The notes under the pieces were generated by a model. It searched no databases and was not told where the DNA came from. It was given only the letters and a program-made list of their open reading frames with translations. The translations under genes were made by a program, and so were the position numbers. Shown one piece after another: positions 25,310-36,089 of a stretch of 64,000 nt of DNA. Position 1 is the first letter of the stretch; the number at the start of each line of letters is the position of its first letter. The stretch lies in the NCBI GenBank assembly GCA_965603825.1, contig CBFDEM010000033.1, positions 620,001 to 684,000 on the forward strand, given 5' to 3'. The stretch is from Blepharisma stoltei ATCC 30299. Taxonomy: Eukaryota > Protista > Ciliophora.

Positions 25310-25846
25310 ATGAGTGATGAAAATCAGATCTCGTCAACTTTAAACGACTTATTGACAAAAGTTGAAGAACAAAATACCACTCCACAAGCCGACTCAAAAA
25401 AAGAAATAATCCCAGATTTCAATGTCCTCACCTTAAACTACGAAAATGAATTCATAGGAGGTGAATTAAGATCTTTTGGGACTGTTTTGAACTACACTGA
25501 AGGGTTTTTAGTCATCACTCCTTCTCCAGCAGCACCTTTGCTAGAACTTGACACAAAGATATGCAGAAATGACGGGTTAGTCGTGGGGAAGGTAGATGAC
25601 ATTTTTGGGAGCATTGAGCATCCTTATTATTCTTTAGTGGCTTTCCAAAGAATGCAAGCTGGAGAAGAAGTGTTTTATCAGTCAAATGCACCAATTTTAA
25701 CAAGCATTAACAGGAAAAAAGGCACTGATGCTTCAAATAAAAATGATGAAGAAACTTCAGAGGAGAGCTCAGAAGAAGAGGTGATACCAGAGATTCCACA
25801 CAAAAAAATGTTTTCGATATTATCAAAACCCCCATCTTTGCCGTAA
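25310..25846 (+). CDS. NAF1: H/ACA RNP assembly factor NAF1
   Basis: Gar1/Naf1 domain (GKVDDIFGSIEHPYY) followed by the NAF1-type KGTDASNKNDEE. Confidence 0.88.
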   Translation: MSDENQISSTLNDLLTKVEEQNTTPQADSKKEIIPDFNVLTLNYENEFIGGELRSFGTVLNYTEGFLVITPSPAAPLLELDTKICRNDGLVVGKVDDIFGSIEHPYYSLVAFQRMQAGEEVFYQSNAPILTSINRKKGTDASNKNDEETSEESSEEEVIPEIPHKKMFSILSKPPSLP

Positions 25847-26140
25847 TAAACTATAAATCTTATTTTAATATAAAACTTCTATTTTGATTAAAAATCTTAT
25901 AAATCATATAAATCTAGCCAGAAGATAAAATTAATTATTATTAAAATTCATATAATCACTTTTAATAAGACAATTTCACAATATATGAATTTTGAAGGAA
26001 CAAAAAAAAATTTGATACATCAGCTGTTACAATTAATAGGCTAAAAATCATTTCGGAGGCTAAAATTGCAATTTTAAAGAAAATCGTTTACTATATAATA
26101 AAATTATTTTTTTTATGTTAGAATCCTGATAATTTGTAAA

Positions 26141-26710
26141 ATGGAACAAAAAAAACATCTAAAGCTTCCTTCAGTAGATATCAAAGAATTTCACTACAAA
26201 CCCAAAGCTGACATTTTGTGCAATAGGCTTTTAACCCCTCAGATCCCGACCCATGTAGATTTTAGTGAATATTGCACTAATAACAGAAGAGGATCATTAA
26301 ACCAAAAACTCCCAAGTCTAGAAAAAAGTAGCTTTGGATTCGGCTCTAATTCTCCGCCAACACCATTTACGACAGTTAATATCGCAAGAATTGATTTATC
26401 GTCACGTTTTAGAGTCAGACAGCCAGTAATCCCAGACACAAAAAATCATGAAACTCGTGTAAAAACAAGCATATCTGCTTTACATAGAGAAGATGAGCCT
26501 AAAGAAACCATTACTACCGATACAGTAAACACAGAAAATATTGCTGAAAGCGGTGGAAATCAACCTCAAGAAAAACCACAAACAGCTTCCAGAAATTTTC
26601 AGCGATTTAAGTATAACAGACATCAGAAAGGCTGCGAATTGAAGGCTACTTTAAGCGAGTATACACTATGCCAAACAAATAGCGAAGATACTGGTATCCT
26701 CGATATATAA
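26141..26710 (+). CDS. Hypothetical protein (189 aa)
   Basis: Clean ATG-to-TAA ORF flanked by AT-rich spacers; no motif recognised. Confidence 0.65.
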   Translation: MEQKKHLKLPSVDIKEFHYKPKADILCNRLLTPQIPTHVDFSEYCTNNRRGSLNQKLPSLEKSSFGFGSNSPPTPFTTVNIARIDLSSRFRVRQPVIPDTKNHETRVKTSISALHREDEPKETITTDTVNTENIAESGGNQPQEKPQTASRNFQRFKYNRHQKGCELKATLSEYTLCQTNSEDTGILDI

Positions 26711-26794
26711 ACATAAATATTCTGTTCATATTTAACTATTTTCAATTTCAAAAATTGGGGTGTTCTATCATTTAAATACAAATTTTTATATAAA

Positions 26795-28324
26795 ATGGAG
26801 TTATCTGAAGGAGAAAGGATAAGCTTCAAACAATCTTTGGCGTCAGTCAGATGGATTGGCTCACTTCCAAACAAAGAAGACACATGGGTAGGTCTTGAAT
26901 GGGATGAAGAATCCAAAGGTAAACACTCAGGAGAACTTGATGGCGTGAAATACTTCACAACTCGACATCCAATGTGCGGGAGCTTTATGAAACTTCCTGT
27001 CCTTCTTGAAGGCTTAGACCAAACTCAATGTATAAGTACTGCAATTATTGATAAATATGCAGATAGAACAGAGCAAGATTTCTCGGAATGCTATGTCCCT
27101 ACAGTCAAGAACCAAAGGAAAAACATCGAATTGGTGGGGACTGAAAAAATCCAAGCAAGGCAAGAAAAAATTGACAGGCTTAAAGAAATTGCTTTACAGA
27201 CCTCAATGGTAAAAACTATAGATCCTGGCTTCGGAGCTCATCTAATCTCTTGTGAATCATTATTGCTTGACAAAAATCTGCTGTTTTCTTGGAATCAAAT
27301 TGCCCAAATTTTAAGTGAAATTCCTAATTTGAAGACTTTGAGTATTTCCCAAAACCGAATCAATCAGCCATTAACAGTATCATTTACCCACCCTTTAAAA
27401 ATTTTGGTCTTGAATTCTATGGATTTGGTATGGGAAGAAGCTTTAACACTTATCCCACATCTTCCGTGCCTAGAAGAGCTTCACTTATATAAAAACAGAT
27501 GTAATGTAATTAGTATAAATCCAGAGCTTTTCAGCAATTTAAAGCTGCTGAATTTGCAAGATAACCAAATTTCATCATGGGAGATGATAAATCAGAATTG
27601 TTCAGGACTCCCAGCATTAGAAAAATTAATTTTGAACCAAAATCAGATTGATTACATTTATTACTCAGGCGGATTTCCTCGGCTGGAAGCTTTGTCAGTT
27701 GAACAAAATTGCTTGAATAATTGGAGAAGCATTGACGAACTTTATAAGTTCCCAGCTGGACTTAAAGAGCTAAGAATTCAAGGAAACCCAGCTCTACAAG
27801 GCAACATGAGGGTTAGTCTATTGAGATTTATGGTTGTAGGAAGAATCGGCACTTTAAATGTGCTGAACGGGTCAGCTATCAGACCTCAAGAAAGAATCGA
27901 TGCTGAAAGATATTATTTAAGGTCAAATTATGATAACCCTGAAGCTACATCTACACCAAGATGGCAAGAGCTTGTAGAAAAGCATGGAAACCCAGCTGAT
28001 ATCGCTACTAAAATATCTAGTGACCAAGATATGGCAAAGCAGACGTTAATGAGCACCACTGCAAGTGTAATGTTAAGGTCTTTGGTAAAAGCAACAGCAG
28101 GAAAAGAGCTACAGAAGAAATTATCAATGAATATGACAGTCGCTGATTTAAAGGTACTTTGTGGCAAATTGTTTGGAGCTGAACTCAGTAATATGAAGCT
28201 CAGCTATAGAGAAGGGAATAATAAAGAAGTGGTGGCGCCAGAGCCGTTGGATGATGATTTGAGAACTCTAAATTATTATATTTTGAGTGAAGGTGGAGAA
28301 ATCTGGGTAGAAGAACAAGAATAA
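26795..28324 (+). CDS. TBCE: Tubulin-specific chaperone E
   Basis: CAP-Gly (WVGLEWD...GKHSG...YF), LRRs, ERIDAERYY, C-terminal ubiquitin-like domain. Confidence 0.95.
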   Translation: MELSEGERISFKQSLASVRWIGSLPNKEDTWVGLEWDEESKGKHSGELDGVKYFTTRHPMCGSFMKLPVLLEGLDQTQCISTAIIDKYADRTEQDFSECYVPTVKNQRKNIELVGTEKIQARQEKIDRLKEIALQTSMVKTIDPGFGAHLISCESLLLDKNLLFSWNQIAQILSEIPNLKTLSISQNRINQPLTVSFTHPLKILVLNSMDLVWEEALTLIPHLPCLEELHLYKNRCNVISINPELFSNLKLLNLQDNQISSWEMINQNCSGLPALEKLILNQNQIDYIYYSGGFPRLEALSVEQNCLNNWRSIDELYKFPAGLKELRIQGNPALQGNMRVSLLRFMVVGRIGTLNVLNGSAIRPQERIDAERYYLRSNYDNPEATSTPRWQELVEKHGNPADIATKISSDQDMAKQTLMSTTASVMLRSLVKATAGKELQKKLSMNMTVADLKVLCGKLFGAELSNMKLSYREGNNKEVVAPEPLDDDLRTLNYYILSEGGEIWVEEQE

Positions 28325-28365
28325 ATTAAAATTAATTCTCCCAAGAAGTTACTTATAAAAATAAA

Positions 28366-28566
28366 ATGGCAGATATCAAAGAAATGAGATTGTTCTCAGC
28401 TGAACAAATTTCAGTCCCTGAGGAGCTACCACTAATTTTGAAGAATTACTCAAAAGAAGTCATAAGAAACAACCCAGCTGATATCATTGCGTTTTCTGCG
28501 AGATATTTTGAGACTTTAAGAGAAGAGCAGAAAAAACATGTAGATACCATTTCAAGACCTAAGTAA
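28366..28566 (+). CDS. Small RIIa dimerization/docking-domain protein (ropporin/RSP11-like N-terminus)
   Basis: EQISVPEELPLILKNYSKEVIRNNPADIIAFSARYF matches the RIIa domain of ROPN1L-type proteins. Confidence 0.85.
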   Translation: MADIKEMRLFSAEQISVPEELPLILKNYSKEVIRNNPADIIAFSARYFETLREEQKKHVDTISRPK

Positions 28567-28675
28567 CTGAGATGTTTTCTATTTAATAAATAGGGCTCAT
28601 AACTATAGTTTCCTAATAATAAGTATTATTTTTGCTTTAAAATATATAAAGTAATCACAATTCATAAAATTTTAA

Positions 28676-31384
28676 ATGGAAGACTTTGATGAATTTCCTA
28701 AAGAATTTTCATGTTACGGGGCAAATATTCAAGCATTAAGCAGCATTCCTGAGCTAACTAGTGATCTTTCTATAAAGAAATTAAGGGTTCTCCATTGCCC
28801 AAAATTGATTTCAATGCAGGGAATCGAGCAGCTCACAAATTTAATAGAAATAAATTTATCTTCAAACTCTATACAACGAATAGAAGGTCTTCACGATATG
28901 AAGCAATTAAGAATCCTTGATTTATCCTGTAATGGGATCAGAGTTATTAATGGACTCAGTGAACTATTTTCTTTAGAAAAATTAAATCTCAGCTTCAATA
29001 AAATCTCATCACTTTATAATTTACGGCAGTTATATGGCCCACAATATCCAAATTTTAAACAGCTTGATATAAGAGGAAACAATATTTCCCAATTATCTGA
29101 GCTACGATATTTAGCAGGCTGCCAAAGTTTAGAAGATGTAGCTTTTCAAAGCCAAAATGGAGCAAACCCAGTCTGCAAAATGCCTGAATACTCTTATACA
29201 GTTTTACAGTGTGTCCCAAAAATTAAATATTTAGACCAACAAATGGTAAACCCACAAAGAGCCCAGCCATCTCCTCCTAAAATCCGTGAAGAAGAAAACA
29301 TCCCGCCACCACAAAATAAGTCTCCTGAACCCATAAAAATCACTCAGCCTGAGCCTATAAAAGAGTCTCCAAAAACTAAAGAAAATAAAATAGAGCTTAT
29401 AGAAACCCAGCCTATTAATAATGACCAAATTTATAAACAAGAAGTCATACGGCTCCAGCAAGCAAATAATGATTTATACGAAGAATATAAAGATATTTGT
29501 TATAAATTCCAAGTATCTGAAGAATATTGGATACAAAGGACTAAAAGCTATGAAACAGGCTTAGCTGAGGCGAAATATGAAAGGATTGAGCTTGAAAAAG
29601 AATGCAAAAAATTAAGAAAATCTTGTTTAGCAAAAGAAGCACAGGTATCTGGGCTAGAAGAAGACTTAAAAAGAGCTCATTTGGCAGCAAGCTCTAAAGA
29701 TAAAATGCTTGAAGACCTTCATAGCCAAGTAGCTTCTATGATGAAAGATCTTGGAGAGTGCCAAAGAGTAGTACAACAGACTGTGGACGATACTTATAGA
29801 AAACAAGAAAAATTAAAAATTTTAGAAAAACAAAACATGGATCTTAAAAATGAATTAAAATCAGCACAAACTGCTTTAACACAGATACATAGCCAATCGT
29901 TAGAAAGTGCTTCACAAGCATTAAAAAGATATGAAGAGCTGCAGAATAAATATGATGATTTGTGCAAAAATTTGGAAAATAAAGAGGAAGAGCTTATAGA
30001 AATTAAGAGAAAAAATTATGAAATTTTAGAAATGAATGCGAAATTTGATGAAAATTGGAGCATTAAATTTAAAGATGCTATACAGAACAGAGAAAATATG
30101 ATAGCTAGTTTAAAGCAGGAATTGCAAAATATTTCACAGCAAGAAAAAGAAAAAACTCAAAATTTGATATATGCAGAAAAAGAAGAGTTAAGGCAGAAAA
30201 TTTATGAATTGGAAAAAAAATTGTCAAATTGTGAAATGCAGTTAAAAAATAAAGATAGAGAAAAAGAAATAGAAATTAATGAGATTGGAAAAGATGTAGC
30301 AGATTTAAGAGAAATGCTTAAAATGTCAGTAAATAAAGAAGCAAGCTCAAGAGAGCTAATCGGAGAATTAACAGAACTAATTAAAGATTTACAGTTACAG
30401 CTTGACAAAGAAATCACAGAAAAAAATAAATTCAAGCTAGAAGGCGAACAAAAGTCTGGAAAATTAGAAGAAGAGCTTGCAGTCATGAAAGGGAAATTCC
30501 AAACCCTCAAAGAAAAATATGACGCAGCCGACAAAACTTTATCCCAAGAAGAAGACCAATCCCACCTAAAAAATCGCGAAATCTCCAAACTAAAACGTGA
30601 GCTAACTGAAGCTAAAGAATTCATCAGCGAGCTTGAAGACGCTTCAAAAGCCATTAAAAACAAATGCGAAAGAACCGAAAAAAATCTCCTCACAGAAATC
30701 GCTGCTTTAGAAGCAAAATCAAAGGAGCTTGACCTAACTTTAGGCACCAAAAACGCCATTATAGAAGACCAAAACGACGCAATCCGAGATCTTAAAGACA
30801 TTAACAAGCAGCTCGAAGAAGAGCTTCAGAATTTCCAAAATAATAAAAACCAATATAAAGAAAATTATGAAAATAAATTACAAGACGCCTACGACGAAAC
30901 AGAAAAAATTAAAAATAAATTATCCCTATCAGAGGAATACATTTCAGAGCTGGAAAATAAAATTGAAGAACTAGAAGGAAAAAGAAACGATTATATAGAA
31001 ACTATTGAAAAACTAGAAAAACAATTAGAAGAAAAATCAGAAATGATTGACGCTATTGAAGAAGAGGTCAAAAATCTGCAGGAGGAAAAAGAAACCCAGG
31101 CCCAAAAAAAAATTGAAGAAAAAGAACTTGTCATAAAAGACTTAAAACTGTTTAGAGACGAGCTAAATGCGTCACTTGCCATGAAGAATAAAGAATGCAT
31201 AGAAAAAACTAAAATTATTAAGGAGCTTGAAATTGAATTAGACAAAACTAGATTTGATCTGCAGGACACCAAGAAAAATAATAACGAAATGCAAGAAGAA
31301 ATTAGAATTTTGCTGACTGAGATGGATAACCAGAAAAAACAAGCCAGCGAAAAGCTTGCTCAGCTAACTAGGTTGTTTTCATAA
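28676..31384 (+). CDS. LRR plus long coiled-coil protein, LRRCC1/VFL1-like
   Basis: SDS22-type LRRs (NLSSNSIQRIEGL, DLSCNGI, NLSFNKI), LRRcap (NPVC..PEY), then ~650 aa of coiled coil. Confidence 0.7.
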   Translation: MEDFDEFPKEFSCYGANIQALSSIPELTSDLSIKKLRVLHCPKLISMQGIEQLTNLIEINLSSNSIQRIEGLHDMKQLRILDLSCNGIRVINGLSELFSLEKLNLSFNKISSLYNLRQLYGPQYPNFKQLDIRGNNISQLSELRYLAGCQSLEDVAFQSQNGANPVCKMPEYSYTVLQCVPKIKYLDQQMVNPQRAQPSPPKIREEENIPPPQNKSPEPIKITQPEPIKESPKTKENKIELIETQPINNDQIYKQEVIRLQQANNDLYEEYKDICYKFQVSEEYWIQRTKSYETGLAEAKYERIELEKECKKLRKSCLAKEAQVSGLEEDLKRAHLAASSKDKMLEDLHSQVASMMKDLGECQRVVQQTVDDTYRKQEKLKILEKQNMDLKNELKSAQTALTQIHSQSLESASQALKRYEELQNKYDDLCKNLENKEEELIEIKRKNYEILEMNAKFDENWSIKFKDAIQNRENMIASLKQELQNISQQEKEKTQNLIYAEKEELRQKIYELEKKLSNCEMQLKNKDREKEIEINEIGKDVADLREMLKMSVNKEASSRELIGELTELIKDLQLQLDKEITEKNKFKLEGEQKSGKLEEELAVMKGKFQTLKEKYDAADKTLSQEEDQSHLKNREISKLKRELTEAKEFISELEDASKAIKNKCERTEKNLLTEIAALEAKSKELDLTLGTKNAIIEDQNDAIRDLKDINKQLEEELQNFQNNKNQYKENYENKLQDAYDETEKIKNKLSLSEEYISELENKIEELEGKRNDYIETIEKLEKQLEEKSEMIDAIEEEVKNLQEEKETQAQKKIEEKELVIKDLKLFRDELNASLAMKNKECIEKTKIIKELEIELDKTRFDLQDTKKNNNEMQEEIRILLTEMDNQKKQASEKLAQLTRLFS

Positions 31385-31411
31385 ATAAATTTCTATATTA
31401 TTAAGAATTAC

Positions 31412-32995
31412 TTAATAGTGGCCCAAGTACTGCTCCATCCACTTCTGTGTATGCTCATCACAGCTTTCAATATGGAATCTATACCTATTAATAGTCAAAT
31501 CAGTGCCCAAAATGAAATCGGCAGGGTGGAAAAACTCATTATTTCTGTTCTCATTCTTATATTTCCCTCTGATCAAGAATTTTCCTTCCACAATTCCTGA
31601 GTTTCTTTGAGGAATTTCGTGGATTTGAAGGGTATCGTCATTAAGAAACATGGAAATAATAAATTTGCGGTCGACGTCTTCAGGCTGAGGAGAGTTAAAT
31701 CTGGCTGTCCATCTGAGGATTCTATGGGAATTGTCAATAAACTTGAAGTAATCTTTATAAGGAGGCTTAGGAATGAGACGATACACGTAACCTAAGGAGT
31801 CTTCTTCACTTCCTAGGCCATCGTGAGGTGGAATTACAATGTTATTTACTTCTCTTTCAGGTGGGTCAGGAATTGGGCCAATAGGGAAGACTCTGCTGTA
31901 ATGCTGCCTGTAGTAGTTCACTGTAAATTCGTCAGCGCTATCAATGATAAATTGGCGGCCATAAATTTCTATAGTCGTGCTTGGCTCGATCTCATGCTCT
32001 TTTAAGTAGTCTTCTTCAGACTGTTGGCCTGGCTGGCCTATTGCGAATTTTTTGGGTAATTTATTTCTTCTGAGAAAAACTGGAAATTCAACTTTTCCGT
32101 CATTTGGGTAATGAATTTCTAAAATTTCTATGGTATCATCAGCTAAATAATAATGCAAAATAAAGTGCTCGACACTGGAACAATAAAATCTAAGCACTTT
32201 TCGGTCATGGTCTAAAAACTGCTTTTGGGGCTTTTGTCTGCCTCCGCCTAATGATTTTTCTAAAAATTCTTTCATAGCTGCATCTTTTACCAAAACAACT
32301 TTTTCTCCTTTTCTTTTTCCAAATGGGTCATCAGGGATCTGCTCAGCTGGACCTTGAGGGATTCCATTGACATCATAAAATTCCCTTGTATATTGGTCAC
32401 AGTCGACCAGTCTGATATTTTTGCCAAAAACTAAAATATTGCTCCCAACCCTTAAATCGCCTGGTACAATAGCCATTCCACTTCCATCAGCTTTAAGTAT
32501 AGCTTGTCTCTTTATAAAAGGCCCTTGTGGAGTTCCTGAATTAACTTCTCTTGGCTCTATGACAGATATAGTATGGTCCTCTAAGTAATAATAAAGGATC
32601 AATTTTTTTACCCTGAAATGCTCCATTGCGCTTTCAACGACTGGCTCTTTGAAATATCCAAAGAAACGCAAGACTTGTCGGTCCATTTTTACAAAAGTCG
32701 GCTCAAATTGGTCTGTGATTTCTTCAGAGTTCATTGGAACATGGACTGAATGCGTTGTGGAGCGCCATTGAGTATCTACCATACGCGACTGGTCTGGCTT
32801 TTCAGGACTTTGACGTCTTGGAAGTGGATATGATGGTAAAGGGCGATTAGCCTAGCTAGCAGTTACGTAATCTTTATTTTCTTCCTGCTTTTGGGCGCTC
32901 ACTCTTTTATGCTGAGTTTTCTAGATAAATTTTACTGTTGGATCATGGTGAGGGGCGAAACCTGGGAGTGATGGGAATGGAATTGAAGATGACAT
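31412..32995 (-). CDS. Rib72/EFHC family microtubule inner protein with three DM10 domains (517 aa)
   Basis: DRQVLRFFGYFKE, DRKVLRF and ILRWTARF DM10 starts. N-terminus MSSSIPFPSLPGF..DPTKT is restored by two 15-nt introns. No C-terminal EF-hand seen. Confidence 0.92.
32852..32866 (-). other. 15-nt spliceosomal intron
   Basis: gtaactgctagctag on the minus strand; phase 0. Confidence 0.88.
32921..32935 (-). other. 15-nt spliceosomal intron
   Basis: gtaaaatttatctag on the minus strand; phase 0. Confidence 0.88.
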
Positions 32996-33093
32996 AAATA
33001 TTATAAGCCATTTTAAGAATTAAGAATTTAAATGCGTATGAAGAAGTTGATAGAAAAATATTTTAATGCGATTTATATGAAATAAAGACATTT

Positions 33094-34056
33094 TTAGGTG
33101 AGATAAATTCGAGTCCTCTCATTAATTGGAGCCTGGCATATTGGGCATGCGTCTAAATTTGCACAACAATTTAAACAGGTGCTCAGATGCTTGCATGGCT
33201 CTGTGATTACATTTCTTGGATTAATTGCACAAATGCAGCACTGAAAGCCAGGTGCCATTCTTACAGCATTTTCTCTATTTATTTCTTCTCTGCCTCTTCT
33301 CATTCTTCTCCTCCTTTGTGCTTCACTTAAACTTCCTATAAGCAATACCCCAAAAACCAGCTGTAAAGCACAAAGCATATACATTCAAGGTTTTTTACTA
33401 TTAAGGATAATTGATTTTGAATAAGCTATATAGTCTGGAATTATTATCAGCTTATTGCTGATTTTTTTGACTTCTCCAATAACGCATATATCAGAATCTT
33501 TTGGTATTACGTCTTCTACAACTCTTTGGTAAGCCTCTACTCTTCATGAGTAAAATTGCTGAGTGAAAAGAAATAGTGAAGAAATCAGTGATTTTATGGC
33601 TGTCCAGAAGGACATAGAGATCTCTCCTGATTGATTATAAGCTCTCAATACATTGATATTAGTTTCATCAGTTGGCTGAATGAAAATTTCGTGCTTTCCT
33701 TCTTTTAAGGAAAATTCTTTGATTGATTTTTTATTGATAGAAGAAATTGGCTTTTTGAGACTGTAAAATTGAGGGTATCGGGCGTCTATATAGTTAGAAT
33801 ATACAACTATTAAGTCTTCTTTGCTTGTCCGGGACTATTTTTAAATTACGTCGAACATATTATGGGTGCTCACAGATCCAGATACACATATTGGTGATGA
33901 TAAGCTTTTTGATGTGGATAATTCGCTGACTGACATCTCTTTGAGATTTTTTAGATGAAAATAATTTTGTGCATGAGTGTATGTCAAGAATCCCGTAATT
34001 ATAGATCCCACTGTGCTGAAATATAGAATGAAACTATTTATTGAATCATCAGACAT
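33094..34056 (-). CDS. MUL1/GIDE (SP1)-like membrane RING E3 ubiquitin ligase (315 aa)
   Basis: TM, intermembrane domain, TM, then RING (CCICAINPRNVITEPCKHLSTCLNC...CPIC). Joined by intron 33835-33849 and two TGA. Confidence 0.75.
33835..33849 (-). other. 15-nt spliceosomal intron
   Basis: gtaatttaaaaatag on the minus strand. Confidence 0.88.
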
Positions 34057-34315
34057 AGTGATATATATAAACTCTTTTAAATAAGAAATATTAATTTGAC
34101 TGGTAAGAATAATAACTGTGATTTAATATTACCAAGAATTTAAATTAATTCCTAATAAAAGATAGGCACTCTTTATGATATTTAACAAATTTAATTGTTT
34201 TATATTTTCTTTCTATTTTGTTAGTCATCCTTACTTCTTTTTATAAACGCATACTGATAGGTTCTGAAATGATTTATAGCTAAAAAAAAATTTAGCCTAA
34301 ATAATGCTTTTTGAA

Positions 34316-34969
34316 TTAATTAGAATCTTCTTCAGTCTTCTTCTTTTTCTTCCCTTTTGATCTTCTGTTCAGATGGACTCCACAATAATTTTTAAAAACC
34401 ATTTTTTTACCCTTCATTTCATGTTTCTGGAAATTTCTGCACCCTTCTTGCTTACAAAACGGCCTTAATTGCAATGGATTAATCTCTGCACAGATCCTTT
34501 TCGCTAACTCTTCATCAAATTCCTGCTCTTTGTCCTCCTCAGAGCACTTGCTTGGCCACACATATCCATAATTTATCATGAAATCTTTAATTTCACTCTT
34601 AAACCCTTCATAATCCCATGGATTTTTTCTCATTAATGCGCACATATGGCTTTGGTGAACAATTTCCCACCCCCACCACCATGGGTACTCAATATCCTCT
34701 TCATCTACATCAAATAATGGCAAATTATTGACTTTTTCTCTTGAAATTCATTCTTTTATGCACTCATTAAGGTAAAATTTCAAGCAGTTTTCATATCCTT
34801 TTCACATCAATGTAGCTGGGTGCTTTGTCCAGCCTTTTTTCTTTTTATTTTTTTCTGTGAGAGCTTGGATAATTTGATAAGCTTCTACCCTTTGTTTTCC
34901 AAGCCTTCTGTCATCTAAGGAAGATAAACTTTTTTTTATATCTGGATAAGGCACAAAAGTAATAACCAT
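34316..34969 (-). CDS. MSMEG_6728-family / pyrimidine-dimer DNA glycosylase-like protein with C-terminal Cys/His finger (217 aa)
   Basis: With UGA=Trp: MVITFVPYPD...LDDRRLGKQRVEAYQI...GWTKHPATLMWKGYE...Y...CIKEW..R...PWWWG...HQSH...LMRKNP...GYVWP. Confidence 0.85.
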
Positions 34970-35060
34970 TAAAATTAATTATTTCTTTATCAGTAATTTT
35001 CCATTAAAATCACCATATGAAATGAATCAATTTTTATAAATTTAAAAGACAATCTATATC

Positions 35061-36026
35061 ATGGAAGATATAAGCAACAAAATTTATGAGCTTTTCAGAT
35101 ATACTTTTATTGCTAATTGTGATATAGACGAAGCTCCTATGACACAAGAAGAAATAGACACTCTTGATGCCTTGCAGCCTCCAGAAATTTTGGAAAATTT
35201 AAAAGACATTATCACAGAGCTGCTTGATTTTAAAAGGGAATTCAAAACTACTGATTCTGCTGAACTTATGAAACGTGCAGAACAATTTGAAACGATGCTT
35301 CAAAAACTTGAAGCAGAAGCCAGAGTCCATATACAAATTGAGCAACAAATGAAGCTCCAGTTGGATATAGCCAAAAGTAAGGTTGAAGAGTATGAAAAAA
35401 TGAATAAAATTTCGCAAAAACACAAAAACCAATTGAATTTAAGATTAGACATCAAATTGGATCACAGCCCAATTACAAATAAAGAAGAAAAAGCAGTCTC
35501 TTACAGAGAAAACTACAAAGAAATCGACAAAATTAAGAAAAAATACGAAAATAAATTGCAGAAATTGATAGAAGATAGTGAAAATAAAGATAAAAATATT
35601 AAAATGCTAGAAGTGGAATGCACAAAATTAAAAATAATTTTAGAAGAAAAAGAGAAGGAGTTTGATAAATTGAGAAATCAGGTAAAAAATATGCCGGCTG
35701 ATATTATTGATCTTAGAAAACTAGAAAAAAGGACAATTATAAGCACAGGGTACCTAAAAAAAAAGCAAGACGAAAAATCGTTAGGGATTTTAAGATACAA
35801 TAGCCAAATAAAAGGAGGGACACCCTTAAAAGATGTAAAAATTCGAAAAACCCCTGGAAAATCAATAGGGAATGAATTACCAAAAGATTCGTCACCTTAT
35901 GGGATGTGAAATGAAGCAAATAACTCGTATAAAAAAATATCGATGATGAAAAAGTTTGAAATTACTCCACATAAACATTTCAGAAGCTTTTCTGAATACG
36001 ATAAAGTGAAGAAAATTTCTACGTAA
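35061..36026 (+). CDS. Coiled-coil hypothetical protein (321 aa)
   Basis: Reads through TGA 35907 to TAA 36024-36026; helical 'FETMLQKLEAEARVHIQIEQQMKL' block. Confidence 0.75.
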
Positions 36027-36089
36027 ATTATACAGAGCTATTTTTATCGTAAAACTATAATTATGTATAAGTTCTGTAAATTTGCTACT

